A stretch of DNA of 64,000 bases. Source: Eukaryota sp. GEM-RC1 (Eukaryota). The first letter of the stretch is position 1. Each line of letters begins with the position of its first letter. This document shows, piece by piece, positions 12,179 to 25,080 of this stretch. The position numbers and the translations under genes were made by a program. The notes below the pieces were generated by a model. The model had not been told where the DNA came from. It worked only from the letters and a program-made list of their open reading frames with translations, and did no database searches. The DNA lies in NCBI GenBank assembly GCA_040285855.1, contig JAUFOQ010000006.1, positions 310,001 to 374,000 on the forward strand, in the 5' to 3' direction.

Positions 12179-14158
12179 CTAGTACTTATGTTTGAAAAAT
12201 AATCTCGCTTCAAAATTACGAATGTTTTCAACAACGTTAATCAAGTGTTCCCTGAACCGACCCTCACTTGGATTAATCACACTGGATAAACCATCAAAAT
12301 ATATCACCAACTGCTGACCATTGGTGCCATGTTCTAATTTTACACGGACGTATTTTCCAATAACATCTTTGAAAATAGCAGGTATTGTAATCTTGCATCT
12401 GCCATTAAAACTCAGCGAAATCCTTCTATTCACGTCCACTAGGTATCGTCGTCCTCTTTGAGAAATTAACCCACCGTAAATTCGTCGCCATACAGCATCC
12501 TTTCTTTTCATTATACAGAAAGCTTTTTGTTTAGGTGAAAAAATCCTTCCCCTCCTTTACTGCCATTGAAGACCATTGGGTCTGTCTTCTTGCCTGTGAA
12601 AAAGTTACCCTTTTCTATCATAATTATTTCTACCACACGTAGTAATAAAATTTGCTTGGACAAATTCAGTTTGTCAAAACCAAAATCTTGAAAACTAAAT
12701 AATAACTTAAAACTTTTTTCGATTCCCTTCTCTTCAGCAGGAATCCAAGACAGTGCATGCTGAAATCTCGAGTTGTCGTACAAATTAAGATGTGCCGTCA
12801 TCCTGCAATCTTCACCGATTGCTGTCATGGACATCCCACAATAATAGCCATCTCCAGCTCTTCCCACATACACATACATTCGTGTCCCACGAGTTGGTAC
12901 AGTCAGTTTAGACCAGGATTCATTAGCTTCCTCAATGTTACGATTTTTGACTGCAGTAATGAATTTCATTGATGCTTCCAACTCTTCAGTGCACCAGATT
13001 TCATCTAATAGATCTTGGTGTTTTTCTATAAATTTCTGTGGACCAGTAATGTAGAATTTTGGATTGAAATTTTCCAGTGCAACGAAAAGTTTCTGAAAAA
13101 CAGGAGAAGATAGTTCACTGAAATAGTCCTGCTCAGTTTTGCATTTCTTTTTGTAACAACTTCTTTAAGGATGACTCCCTTGTTTCTTTTAAGATTTTGT
13201 TTTTCTTTGTACAGTCGGCGTTTTACAGAAGCGTCCAGCGGCAAACCTGGCAATATCAGTGTGGCAAAGTTTTCAGAAATAATAGACGAAATTTTTGATA
13301 ACTTTTGACTTTTAAAGAAGTTCAGATCTTCTTCATTTTCAAAAGTAAGTAAAATACAATCACTAGGAACATCACTGTTGATTAAGCTAATCATGATTGA
13401 ATTACTGTCTTCAGATACTTGCAGTGACTTAATGTTATCGTAATGAACTGAAAGATTTTGAATAACCAAACTAAAGCTTCTTTGATCGGCAGTGAGACCA
13501 CTCTTCTATTAGCTCCCAATTGATTGTTCCAAAGATCTACACAGGATCTCATTTCAGATAAGAATACAGGAAGTTGGACAGAATGTGAGGAAGTAAACGA
13601 TTTCACAGATTTGATTGCAATCAGCAGTTCAAAAAAAGACGATTGCTGTTCAAACGTATTTAAATTTTGTAATGTATCAAAGAAATTGGAATTTTCATAA
13701 AATTTGATGAACATTTTCTTTGCTGCCAGATTTCGTTCAACGACGATACACATAAGCTTTAGTGTCTGTTCTTGCACCTTCGAAATTAAGTGGTACATAG
13801 GAAATGAAACAGTATCTGAAGAAGATGGGATGGAACAGATGAGACTGAAGGTACTCATGTAGAGGTCTTGAGTAGCATAAAAGAATTGAGGGGACATAAG
13901 CACCGTTTTTTTAGACACACGATGTGGGCGATTAATCGCAAGAGCAATAAGAATTTCTAGAAGATCAGAACATTCCAAGTTCACTGACTTCAAGACTATA
14001 GTCACATTTTTGAGGAACATGTTATCAGAGAAGATCTTTGCCACTACATCATGGGAAGCTTTCACTGCATTAAGAAGAATTTCATCCAAGGAGTTAGGAC
14101 AAGCTAGGTGCTGATGCAGACTGTCAAGAAGTCTGTTGAATGACATTGTGTTGACCAT
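12179..14158 (-). CDS. Orphan protein (~650 aa if joined) with a GIY-YIG-like endonuclease domain in its C-terminal half
   Basis: Four consecutive same-strand ORFs. A 26-nt GT..TTTTTCAG intron (13093-13118) joins 13026-13469 in frame to 12511-12981. Motifs MYVYVGRAGDGYYCGMS..R..H..E..MI..FNGSKGG. The other two joins need a 1-nt homopolymer correction. Confidence 0.55.
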
Positions 14159-14923
14159 TCAGTGATCAGCAGGCAAAATTTTTTATGAAAGTGATCAAGT
14201 TGCATTTTCCTATATACTCAACCAATTCTGCTTAACTAAGTTCAAGGCGTCTAGTATGGCTTCTCTTATGACCACTCTTGCACATGATTTTTCCCATTTC
14301 CTCACAGCGTAATCTCACAACCACCTTTCGGTAGCTCACTTCAACATTGTAACAACCACGATGCATCTCCGACATATCTTGATTGTCACTGATCAAGACG
14401 ACGAATCCCAACAATCTCACTTCATTCAGATGTTTCTTTCACCCCTCTTAGTGTGAGATGGTGCGATGTTATGGATGCCAGAAGTGTGTCTGTCATTCTT
14501 CCTTGCTTTTTGTGTCCCCGTTTACATGAAGTTCTATACTTTGACTCTAGTTCCACTTTGTTGTCAGTGTTAGAGTGATTGCAATGCATCAAATCAATGA
14601 ATTGGGCCCAATCAGAATTGCTCGTTGTACTTGTTTTGTTTGTTTTGATGGAGTGTTTGTATAAATCAGTTAATTATTGAAAATATACACATGAAAATAT
14701 ATCCTGATTATGAGACACATATAAGACTACTTTAGTACAACCACAATACATATCACAACACTAGTAAGTTTGGTAGTGTCACGTAAAGCTTGATACATTC
14801 AAAAGATGATGATAAGGCAGCGAATAAAGCAATGAAACGGGGATAATTTCATAGCAAAATTGATCTCGCTGCAGACGTGACCAAATTCATTTTGAACATT
14901 TTACCGGCACAAATTTTAGAACA

Positions 14924-15481
14924 ATGGCACCAGCACTTACTAGACGAGGGTATACTTGCAGCCAATGTGGTCACACGCTTGGCTCCAAGCGAGGCATACG
15001 TCAGCACATAACAGCGAAGCACACCACCAATTACCAGTGTGACTATGGTGACTGTCAGCACGTATGTTGAACAATGTAGACTAATTCCAGACATCCGGGT
15101 CTAAAACCGGGCTTGTCACACATAAAAAGACCCACAGTCCTGAGAAGCCTTTCTGCTGTGATCACTGCCATCTAGCGATCAAGGACAAATCCACCCTTAG
15201 CGCACACTATCGCACTTGCAGAAGAGTCAGGTATGAACCTGAAAAACGTTTTAAGTGTGGAGTTCCAGGATGTGAGACAGTCACAACAGGTGTGTTTTTA
15301 TTCTTAATTAACAGTAGTACTGTCTGCTATGTGGAGACATCTTAACTTTTATGAACAGCAGTGTCCAGTATATATTCATGCCTTATTGCCGGAAGAGGAA
15401 AGGATCTGCATCAACATGGCGACTGGTGAGACAATGGTCCATGGATCCCAGATCGAGTGGCAGATTGAAGACAGTTATTGA
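14924..15481 (+). CDS. C2H2/C2HC zinc-finger protein, 167 aa, two introns (15062-15090, 15290-15314)
   Basis: Spliced translation MAPALTRRGYTCSQCGHTLGSKRGIRQHITAKHTTNYQCDYGDCQH|TSGSKTGLVTHKKTHSPEKPFCCDHCHLAIKDKSTLSAHYRTC...FKCGVPGC...WRHL; SPEKPF matches the TGEKPF linker; exons 138+199+167 nt keep the frame. Confidence 0.85.
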
Positions 15482-15828
15482 TTGATATCTATTACCCTAA
15501 AATATATTCTTGTTTGACTCAAAAACTAATCTCTGTTCAAGCCTTCTATAGGATGTTAGACGGAATTGACTTCAAATTCCTTTTCTGAACTTTCTCTTCT
15601 TTGAGAACTTTGATACTCAATCAATGAGTATCAATGACGGTACAGTACAAGTGACAATGCCTGCTACTATGTGGATTCAAAACTAAAAAACCATCGAAAC
15701 AAACATTTGTTTGATCCAATACTGGAAACACAGATTCAAAAACTTATAGAAAGGGGACATTGTCAACAAAAGAGAGTGTTAGAAGGGAGCTTTCTGCAAG
15801 AACAATGGGTTCAATTCATGTCTAGAAT

Positions 15829-16130
15829 ATGAGAGTGATGTATCATCAAAGTGTTAAAAGAGATCTTCATTCTTTGAAGACGTCGAAGGATGTTGAAGTC
15901 TTAGAAAGAGAAAAGCTCTACTGTGAAGTACAACTATTTATTGAACAGTTATCGTCAACAAGAGCGAAGGACCTCCCAAAGGACATGGAATCGTGGTGGA
16001 TTCTTTGCAAAAGTAACCAACCAATAAAGCAAATTGATTTTTAGAGTCAAATAGAATTGTACCGCTCTCCCACTGAACTACCGCCGCATTGACTTCAGAA
16101 GCGGATATCGAATAATGGATGGGCAACATA
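15829..16130 (+). pseudogene. Possible hAT transposase C-terminal dimerisation-domain remnant
   Basis: EVQLFIE...MESWW followed, after a frame break, by TAALTSEADIE, loosely like E..Y...WW...pATSa.vER.FS. Weak similarity. Confidence 0.3.
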
Positions 16131-16169
16131 TTGTTATTAGGAAAATGACTTAATCAATATTGCATGTGT

Positions 16170-16800
16170 CATGAGTTGTAATCGTTTCAGTACTTATAGA
16201 ACTTGTATTCATGATGCTGTCAGAGGTCAAATTCATGCCATGTGTAAGTCCTACAAAATCGCATCTTTTGTAGAGCCACTGTTGAGATCACTCTGGAAAT
16301 CAATAATTTAAAAAAGAGTGATTCTGATAAGACTTTTGGTAAAAGAAGAGCTGATGTTATAGTTCCATCAGTCAATGATGAATTAACCACTGTTGATGTG
16401 ATTACTGTGGATGTTTGCAAAAAAAGTGCATTCAAGGATGCTAAAAATGAAGTTTCTCTACTGAATTCTTCAGAACAACACAGGAGAAACAAGTATGATG
16501 AACCATAGACATGTTGAGTACAAATTATGTCCTTTTGCAATTTCAATTTTATGGTGGACTTGGTAGAGATGCTCTTTGTTTTCTCTCTGATTTTGAGAAA
16601 GTGGTAAAAAACGAATGAACAAGAAATTTGATTTCAAATTTTGGTTGATTCGTATTGTTTTACAATATTTAAAACAATTAATATCATGATTTCAAAAGCT
16701 CTATTAGCTCTCAGAGTTTTTTATTAAGAAAAAGCTGATGAGAGTTTTAATGACAATGATTGTCTGGTGAGGTTGCTTTAATGATATTGAGTTCTCTATA
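16170..16800 (+). mobile_element. 5'-truncated, degenerate CRE-like RLE retrotransposon (subfamily A)
   Basis: Encodes IHDAVRGQIHAMCKSYKIASFVEPLLRSL...GKRRADVIVP...VDVITVDVC, homologous to the 22540 copy. Confidence 0.75.
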
Positions 16801-16808
16801 AATATTCC

Positions 16809-17111
16809 GACATGATGTTTATAATCGAAAGACAATTATCATAGGAGGAAACTATAATTGTGACATGTTTGAAGAAGTAATGAAGACGATTGATCGCTGT
16901 GCTAGCAGAAACATAGTCCTTAAAATTGAGCTGTTATATCGGAATCATCGGGATTAGTGACATGATGTTTATAATTGAAAGACATTTATCATGGGAGGAA
17001 ACTATAATTGTGACATGTTTGAAGAAGTAATGAAGACGATTGATCGCTGTGCTAGCAGAAACATAGTCCTTAAAATTCAGCTGTTATATCGGAATCACCG
17101 GGATTAGTGAC
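16809..17111. repeat. Tandem duplication, 150-bp period, ~5 mismatches, covering the RPL30 3' end and 3' UTR
   Basis: GACATGATGTTTATAAT...GGATTAGTGA occurs at 16809 and 16959. Confidence 0.95.
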
Positions 17112-17477
17112 TGATAGAATGCCCACGGGGAAGGCTTTTCCTACAGCGGTACCCATATCGATATTAGCTAAGGTGAGCATAACAAGATACATACTGCCTT
17201 GATAGTGGAAAACAGAAGTTTTGGCCAACATAGCATAGTATTCAACCTCAGCCTTCTTCAAAGCGGGGGTATTGGAACTGATGAGAATTAACTTGGCTGC
17301 TGTAAGAAAACAACGAAAAACAAACATTGGCCTTCTCGTAGGGTCTTTAAGGTCTGACGATGGCCCAAATAAGCCTTACCGCTTTTCATAACCATCATAA
17401 GACGAGAGTTGATGGAGTCTTGAGTCTTTTGATCTTCTTACCGGCCTGGAATAAGGCATATGAAAAGAACAAACCAT
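17070..17477 (-). CDS. RPL30: 60S ribosomal protein eL30, three introns (17446-17474, 17297-17325, 17168-17194)
   Basis: Spliced: M|AGKKIK(K)[99 protein letters not shown]. Needs one extra base in the T4 run at 17427-17430. Confidence 0.93.
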
Positions 17478-17519
17478 TGAAAACGAGATGAAAAGAAAGG
17501 AACTTTCGCATCCCCTAAA
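17478..17519. promoter_or_regulatory. 42-bp divergent intergenic region (bidirectional promoter plus both 5' UTRs) between RPL30 and IFT139
   Basis: Start codons at 17477 (minus) and 17520 (plus). Confidence 0.7.
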
Positions 17520-20500
17520 ATGTCTCTTATATCCTCAATAGAGTTCTATTTCCTGAACAGACTCTATGGACATACTGTTGCTCTACTTGAGAATGCACTG
17601 GAATCCCAGCCAAACAATGTTCTATTCCGTTTCTGGAAATCTATTGCCCGCGTGTTTGACGGTTCTCTGACTGAAGCTAGTCGTGATCTCAACAGACTAC
17701 GCTCTGACCCTTCACTTTCTTTTTCTACTCTTTCTGCTCTTCTTTATGTCAACTCTCAGTCCTTTTTCACTGATGATAAGACTATCAACGAACTAGAAGA
17801 AGCCTGCGATGACGCTGAATCTGAAGCTAAAACTCCTGATCTTCTCAACGCCGCTAGATTTTATTGGCTCACAAATCAATCTCAAAAAGCACGTGATATC
17901 ATCCTCCGTGTCTTCAAACGCTCTCCAGACTCGGTTTCTGCTGACGCTTACATTCTTAGGGGTTGGTTGGAGTACCACCTTGCTTTAAAATCAAGCGGAG
18001 ATAAGCAGCGTGATAGGTTAAAGAAGGCAGTCAAAGCATTCAGACATGCGACTAAGCTTGAAGACCTCAACTCATCAGCTAGACTTGGCCAAGCTCATTG
18101 TCTTTTACTCGCTGGATCTCCTCTTTCTTCAGTCCTCTCTCCTCTGTCTCCTCTTTTAAATCAACAGTTCTCTGAGTCTTTACGTGTGGTGTATGAGTTT
18201 AAGCTCATTTCGCACGCTGTCACAAATGATTGGGAGTCGGTGATTAATGTTGCTGAGTCTGCATCACGTCAAGGCAGTTTGATTGCAACTGAAGCAGCAC
18301 TTGTTTGTTTGTTAGGTAAAACTGGAAATACTTTTGATATTGAAACTTTCTCCAAATATGTCGTGCATTTATGTAGACTTTTAATCCAAAAAGAAAATCT
18401 AAATGTCGTACTAATTTCTGACATTTTCTTAGCTATACATGCAATCGCCAGATCTCTCGAGTTTTCTGACAAATATTCTAAATTTTCCTCTGATGTGGTA
18501 TCAGAGGTTAGCCATTATATTTGTCTGTTTCAAAAATTGATTGCGCAACTCGTCCTCTGGAGCACTGTAAACTTTTACTCAATAAGGCTCAGTATTTGAT
18601 TGAGTGTCGTGAGTTCTCCTCAGCTGCTGATGTGGTCAAAGTTGTTCTAGAAAAGCTCAATCAACAGCAACTTGCCTTAATCGAAATGATTGATAGAGGT
18701 GATGATGATTTTGTATCAACTGAAATTGAGTTACTTCTCTTTAGAGCCCATCTTTTATCAATCGAGGTTTCAATCAAATCCAATGAGCTCAAAAAGGCTC
18801 GTGAGCAATCAAATTTGATGGAGGAAATTCTGTCAACCTTTAGCTTTGAATCCGTCGATCGTAGCGAGTATTTATCTGAGTGTAATTTGTTGTTAAAAGC
18901 TAAGAGTTCGTGGTTGTCTCTTCTTTTGGATGGTAATTTGAAGAGAAATAATGTTATAAGAGTTATTTCGGAAGGTATTTTTGGGTCTGTTCTTCCAATG
19001 TTGAAAAACTGTAAGTATCATCTACTGTCGTCACTTTTGTATAAGAATTTAACCTTTTTCATTGATGTTATTTCGGCATTTTTAAATATTTTAGGGCCAA
19101 GATCGGAGTATAGCTCAAACTCGCACTCTTTTGCTGTCCGAGATTTTTTAAATGCTTTAATTTCAATGTTTCCGAAACACCCAGTGTTGCTGACGTTACA
19201 CAATCGATTGACTGTCATCCTTGATCCCTCTCAAGACACAATCATCAACTCAACCAATGAAATGGATTCCATCATTTCCTTGTTTGAGGATCCAGGTCCT
19301 TTATACGTTCAAAAAGCACTGATTTTGGCCAATCTTTTGACCTATCTAAGAGATCAATGGATTACCCCGAATCAAATGTTATTTTGTTCACTCAAATTCT
19401 AGAAACTGCGCTGTCAGTTGATTTTTCAGTTCGAAAATCTAATATTTACCAGTATTTGAGTGGAATTGATTCGTTTCTTCGAGAGGATTATTCACAGGCT
19501 TTAAATTATATGGCTCTTTTCATTGATGGTCTTGAAAATTTCACCAAAAATTCAAATGTTCCAAAGAAAGACAAATCTGAAATACCGTTGCTACAGTTTT
19601 TGAATAAGAAATCCTTCTTCGAAGGCATCAATCTACCACAATCATTTCTGATTGATTGTTATCTCATCGCGTGTACTTCCCTTTTACATATATCCTCTTC
19701 TCCCGAATACTCCAGAAATGTCTTTGAACAAGGAGCCAACATTCTAAGTGCGGATTCCAGCTTGTCTACGATATTTTATTATTATCGTGCAATATTTGAA
19801 CTTTCTCCGAGTGTTAATTCAGTAGATTTTGCTCTTAAATATCTCGTCAAAATTCCAAAGTCTAGTCCAGTGTTTTTCAAAGCTAAACTACTTGAAGCGG
19901 ATATCTATCTTTCAAAAAGTGTCAATATTTCAAAATATCTGGAGTGCTTTACTACTTTGATTGATGTGACCTCTGGCCTAGACCAATCAGAAGTCTACTA
20001 TATGCTAGGTGAGGCTTATTTGAAGGTTTCCAAACCCAAAGCTGGACTTGATTCGTTCTTTAAGTCGTTAGAAGTCTTGGAACACTCAAGAGAAGTCGTG
20101 ATTGATGACGTTTTTGATGATAAGAAATCTCGAATTTTTGCTAGAATTGCCAAGTTGTACACCAATTGCCATCAGTTTGCTTCTGCCATTGAATACTACC
20201 AAAAGTCAGTAGATGTCAAGATTTCTCGTGAAGTCGTAACTGATTACGTGTCTTTCCTAGAACGTCTTGGGAAAAAGATCTGATTACTGAGGTTCTTAAC
20301 TTTACTAAGATCGAGATTCACGATGATTCTTCTGATTCCAATCAGCAATCAAAAGCGTCAGAGAATGATGCTCTTCATCGACTGGCAGACAATTGTGCTG
20401 CCTCTGGTGACGTTTCCACAGCCGCTACTCACTACGTAAATTATTTAAAACAATGTGAAAAGTTTAACTTAACAGCAATGACTTCACTTATTTTAATGCT

Positions 20501-21536
20501 TCGACAAGCAGGTCAGTTAAGTCATATGGAACAAGTGTTTACGACTCTAGAAAAATTCAATTCATCTACAGAATTTAATTTTTCCAAAGGTTTAGTCAAT
20601 CGATATCAAGGGAAGTTCAAAGTGGCACTTGAAGAATTCTCTATCGCCTCTTCAAATTTAAAACTGCAAGAAAGTTGTTATCTACAAATGATTATGGTAT
20701 ATCTCTATGTTGGGGGTGTCTTCAAAGTTCCTTCTAAAAAGGCTTTTTTCCAAAAGAAGTCTTCGGACTCGACTAAACCTGCTTTTGATAAAACGGTGTC
20801 TGATGTACTGTCAATGGAGCTCAAAAAGCAGCACTCAAATGACGCGACAGTCTACAGTCGTGAAGATTCTGGACGACTGGCAATCCAGCAATCAGCATCT
20901 GATCTCTTATCACGTATCCCTGATGCGTATTTTACAGACACACGTCTACGTGGCATCTATGATACCTATTGCAAACTGATTGGGCAAGACAAACGTGTGA
21001 TTTCTGATACTTTCTCTTTTGTTTTTGACACTCTCAAAGACGATCTAGATTGGTTTCCTGGAGCTCTATGTCTGGCAGTATGCCATGTCCATAACAATGC
21101 TATTCCAAAAGCCCGAACTGTCCTTAAGAAACTTTGTAAACAGCAACGTACGGAGGAATATTCTGAAGAATTTGAAATTTCTTGTCTGTTTCTGGCGCAA
21201 CTCTATATACAGTCAAATAAGTATGAATACGCATTAGAGCTTTGTGACAAGGTTTTATCGTATAATAAGAGTTGTTCTTTGGCTTGGGAACTCAAGGGCG
21301 ATATTGATGAACAGGATCATGCATATCGTGATGCAGCAATCAATTTTGATCGATCGTGGCAGAATGGAGGTCAAGAGAGTTCTACAGTTGGATATAAGTT
21401 GGCGTTTAATTATCTCAAAGCTGAAGACTATATTAGGGCAATTGAAGTGTGTCACAAAGTGCTAGATAATAATTCTACATATGATGCTATATATAATGAC
21501 GTTTTGATGAAAGCAAAAGAAGCATTGAAACCATGA
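17520..21536 (+). CDS. TTC21B: Intraflagellar transport protein IFT139 (TPR protein TTC21)
   Basis: C-terminus ...AYRDAAINFDRSW...VGYKLAFNYLKAEDYIRAIEVCHKVL...DVLMKAKEALKP matches the TTC21B end; the length (~1,340 aa) fits. The four ORFs are joined by frameshifts, at A-runs near 18532 and 20271 and an unlocalised one near 19330-19400. Confidence 0.9.
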
Positions 21537-22019
21537 TATGTATCTCTGACCAACTATTTAATAATTGTTGGATTTTTTGATTCTTCCAGTTGATCTGCTT
21601 TTGGAGTTTTGTTGTAGCAGTTCCTTTTTGTAATGTCTATACTTTTTGTATAATATTTCCTTTTTCATGCTTTTGTTTAGTTCCGGAATTCATCTTCTTT
21701 TGCAATAAATAATCTGATCTTCTCTAGTAACCTTGGTAAGGAGACAGATTTGCTGTTTCCAATTCCCATTTTTCTGTCTACACAAAACCCTTTGATAACA
21801 AAACATATTCAATATTCCTGGCCAGTATCCTGTCAAAACAGCTCCAATTATAAGAAAGAGTAACATCAACATGAAAAATTGCTGCCTATGAGCTCCTTGA
21901 GTATGCCAGAACTGCAAAAGGAATGGGTCGAGAAAAAACGATATTTTCTTAGTAACATTTGTTTTCAAATAGTTCGAATTAATTACTAATTGTACTGACG
22001 AAAGGGAGAATCAGTTTAT

Positions 22020-22410
22020 TATTGGTGAACGAAGAGCAGATGTTGTTGTATCTTCCTCATCAAATTGTATGTCGTCATGTAATGTCTGTGGACGTTTGCA
22101 AAAGAGAAAGAACCATCGATGACTCCCAAAGATACAACCTGTTAAACACGAATTAAGTCTTTTTGTTGTGTCAATTTACGGTCGTTTAAAAAAAGAGCAT
22201 TTGAATTTGTTATAAAATTCGTAAAACAGAGGATGAACAAACGCTTTGCTCATATGTTATGGTAGAATCGCTTCGTGTATCTGTTTTAAAACAAATCGCC
22301 TTGTTCGTCTCCAAAACAGAAGTAACAGTGAGTCCCTTTTTCTGAAGATAAAGTTATTGTAATTCTTGATAATGATGAGTGTTGTCTTAATGATCTCAAA
22401 ATTTTAGTAT
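22020..22410 (+). mobile_element. Degenerate subfamily A retrotransposon 3' fragment
   Basis: GERRADVVV..., SIYGRL, RMNKRFAHMLW homology to the adjacent copy. Confidence 0.65.
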
Positions 22411-22539
22411 TTGTAAGTCTCAGGCCCTCTCATAAGAAAATTTAAAATAATGTGAACGTCCAAAAGTGGCAAAAATGAATGTGAATTAAATATAATTAAA
22501 CCAAAAACAAACACAAATATTCAACAACAAACAATTAAC

Positions 22540-23238
22540 GTTTTCTCATCTGTTAAGTTGTAATCGCTACATAACTTATCGAACGTGTATCCATGATGCT
22601 GTAAGAGATCAAATACATGCTATGTGTAAGTCTTACAAAATTGAGTCATTCGTTGATCCACTTCTAAGATCTTTAGAACCAAGTAATAATTGTAATGTCG
22701 AAAAACAGAACCAATTTTTTGGTAAACGGAGAACACATGTTGTTGTCCCTTCTTCTGCAGGCAAATTGTTTGTTGTTGATGTAGTGTCGGTGGATGTTTG
22801 TAAAGAGACATCTTTAAAGAACGCTTACTCTGAAACTTCACCTTTAGATATTTCTGAACAAGCCAAGCAGGATAAGTACAAGAAACCATTGATGGCTTTA
22901 AAACATGTAAAACATGTTGAATACGACTTATGCCCTTTGCTGTTTCAATTTATGGACGTTTAGGAAAAAGTGCATTGAATTTTTTAAACGATTTCGGAAA
23001 AATCGTTAAAAATAGGATGAACAAACGTTTTGATCATATGTTATGGTTGAATCGGATCGATTATACTGTTTTTAAAACAATTCTCCTAATCATCTCCAAA
23101 GCTTTATTAGCAGTGAGTTCTTTCATGAGGACAAAGCTGTTGTAAGGTTTGATAGCGACGGGTGTTGTTTTAATGATATCAAATTTTAGTTGTTTGATCT
23201 ATTACATTTATAATAAAACAATTCTCATGAAAAAAAAG
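22540..23238 (+). mobile_element. 5'-truncated CRE-like non-LTR retrotransposon, RLE domain (subfamily A)
   Basis: HDAVRDQIHAMCKSYKIESFVDP...KRR.HVVVP...VVDVVSVDV...K.DKY...PFAVSIYGRLGKSALNFL: PD-(D/E)xK restriction-like endonuclease layout; terminal A8 run. Confidence 0.8.
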
Positions 23239-24759
23239 AGATTTAATTTGCGGCAATTAAATTAAACATGGTCTATGCCAAAATACAATGAGAACCAAAT
23301 GTGATTCAAGAAATTCTAGCAACCAAATCAACAAAGCCAATTTCCACAAAGGACAAACAAAGAACGAAGAATTACTGTACTAATCGGCCATCTAAAATGC
23401 TCCGAAAGCGGTTTAAAGCGACGGCAGGCCTTTCCACACATCCAATGTTGGACTTTAAGGAAACTTGCTAAGAGACAAGATAGGTTAGGGTAAAAAAAAG
23501 ATAGTCTTTGCTCCTCTAAACGTATCTGACCTTTTCTTCTTATGATTGCTCCAATATTGTCATTTCATCGATACCCATAAAAAACAATCAGCATTTTAGT
23601 TGGTAAAAAGTTTCTTTCGTTCACTCCTAAAGTATAGACGCATTGGATGAGAAAACAGCCATATCAACATCTACTAATCCGTGGTACGAAATTTTGAAAG
23701 TTTCATTGAAATGAGTACATTTTTTCGTTTATAGTGATGATTCTGACAGGATCAGTTGACACACATTCATTTGACTATGATCTGAAACAGAGTTTTGCAC
23801 TGAGGTTGAGTACAACGGACCTCAAGTTTATGGATATACGAAAGAGATTTTATTTATATTTATATATTTTGTTCTATTTTGTTTTGTTTCCATGAATGTA
23901 CAAAGGTGTCAAAAAACAATGTGCGCAAATCTTTGGTACGTACTGATTAATTTTATCCGTACCGATGTCATTTGATTTCATAAAAAGCCCATTTATGAAT
24001 AATCTAACAGGATTTATAAATACTATTTTTTGAGTAGAGGCTCATTCATTAGTCAAACACAGTACTAGTGCAATTGCTACTACATCTTTTGACCGTTTGG
24101 AAATCCAATCTGTGGGTTTTTGGGCCCTTTATCATTGTTATATTACGTCGTAGTCACTCGTTAAATGCATTGTGATTCGAAGACGCTACTACTATTGTTG
24201 ATTTCGTGCGATTGCTGAGCTTCGTACGTAGAAATGTCATTTTGGAGAAGTTGTGGTCAGCAAATGACGTACCCAAATTTGAATAAGTGTGACAATCACG
24301 TTATTGATATTCCGAGCAATGTTTAACGGTAGAATTGATGACGATGGTAACTGTTAAAATCTCACATTGGATCATCATGTTCAAAATAGTAATAATTTAT
24401 TTTAGTCGGTCAAAAGTACAGTCCCGGTACATTTACCGTACGGACGTACGTACGGTACGCCTAAATTCGCCGCGGTACGGAACATTTGCGTTCCATGGTC
24501 AAAAATATATAATTATATATAAATAAATACATAAGTAAATACATAAATAGATACAAATTATATAATTATTTATGAGGAGCCCTGCTAGTGGTAATTCTTC
24601 ACATTCATTCACAAACCTAATTAAGAAAAGAAAACAAAAGAAAGTATTAGACTGCAAAGTTATGTGCTGAAACAAACAGACAACAAGAAAGTTAATAAAA
24701 AACTTCTAATACAACCATTATATTCAATTTTTACCTTCGGATGATGCTGACGATAAGAA

Positions 24760-25080
24760 AGGTCTGCGTTATTGTGCTTATGTTTCTAAATTGAATTCAC
24801 AAAGACATAATGCTTTGGTGTTTCACCCATTCGGTATTTCAATTTATGGGAATTTGGGTTCTGCAGTTCAAACGTTTCTTTCATCTTTTAATCAACTGTG
24901 TTACGATTTTGGCAAGGCATTAGTTTTTGGAGATATCATCTTGTTTTTTCTACATTTCGTTCAATGTTTCCAGTATTTCGACGGAATTTTGAAGAAACTT
25001 TTTATGGTTGAAGACCAGGTTATGGAATATTAATGTTGATTTTGGTTACATCTTTAGACTTTATGTATCTTTAAGAGATC
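24760..25080 (+). mobile_element. Degenerate RLE retrotransposon 3' fragment (subfamily B-like)
   Basis: KLNSQRHNALVFHPFGISIYGNLGSAVQTFLSSF resembles KLNENLYSKFSLVPFAISIFGNIGPAGLKFFSDF. Confidence 0.6.

Noticed and set aside
12509..12513. TAATG stop-start overlap suggesting translational coupling
   Set aside because: One extra A in the adjacent A5 run fuses the two ORFs (HLNKKAFCIMKRK), consistent with the other homopolymer errors.
21541..21968. Minus-strand frame interrupted only by TAG codons
   Set aside because: All three frames are nearly open in this A-rich stretch, and no recognisable protein results.
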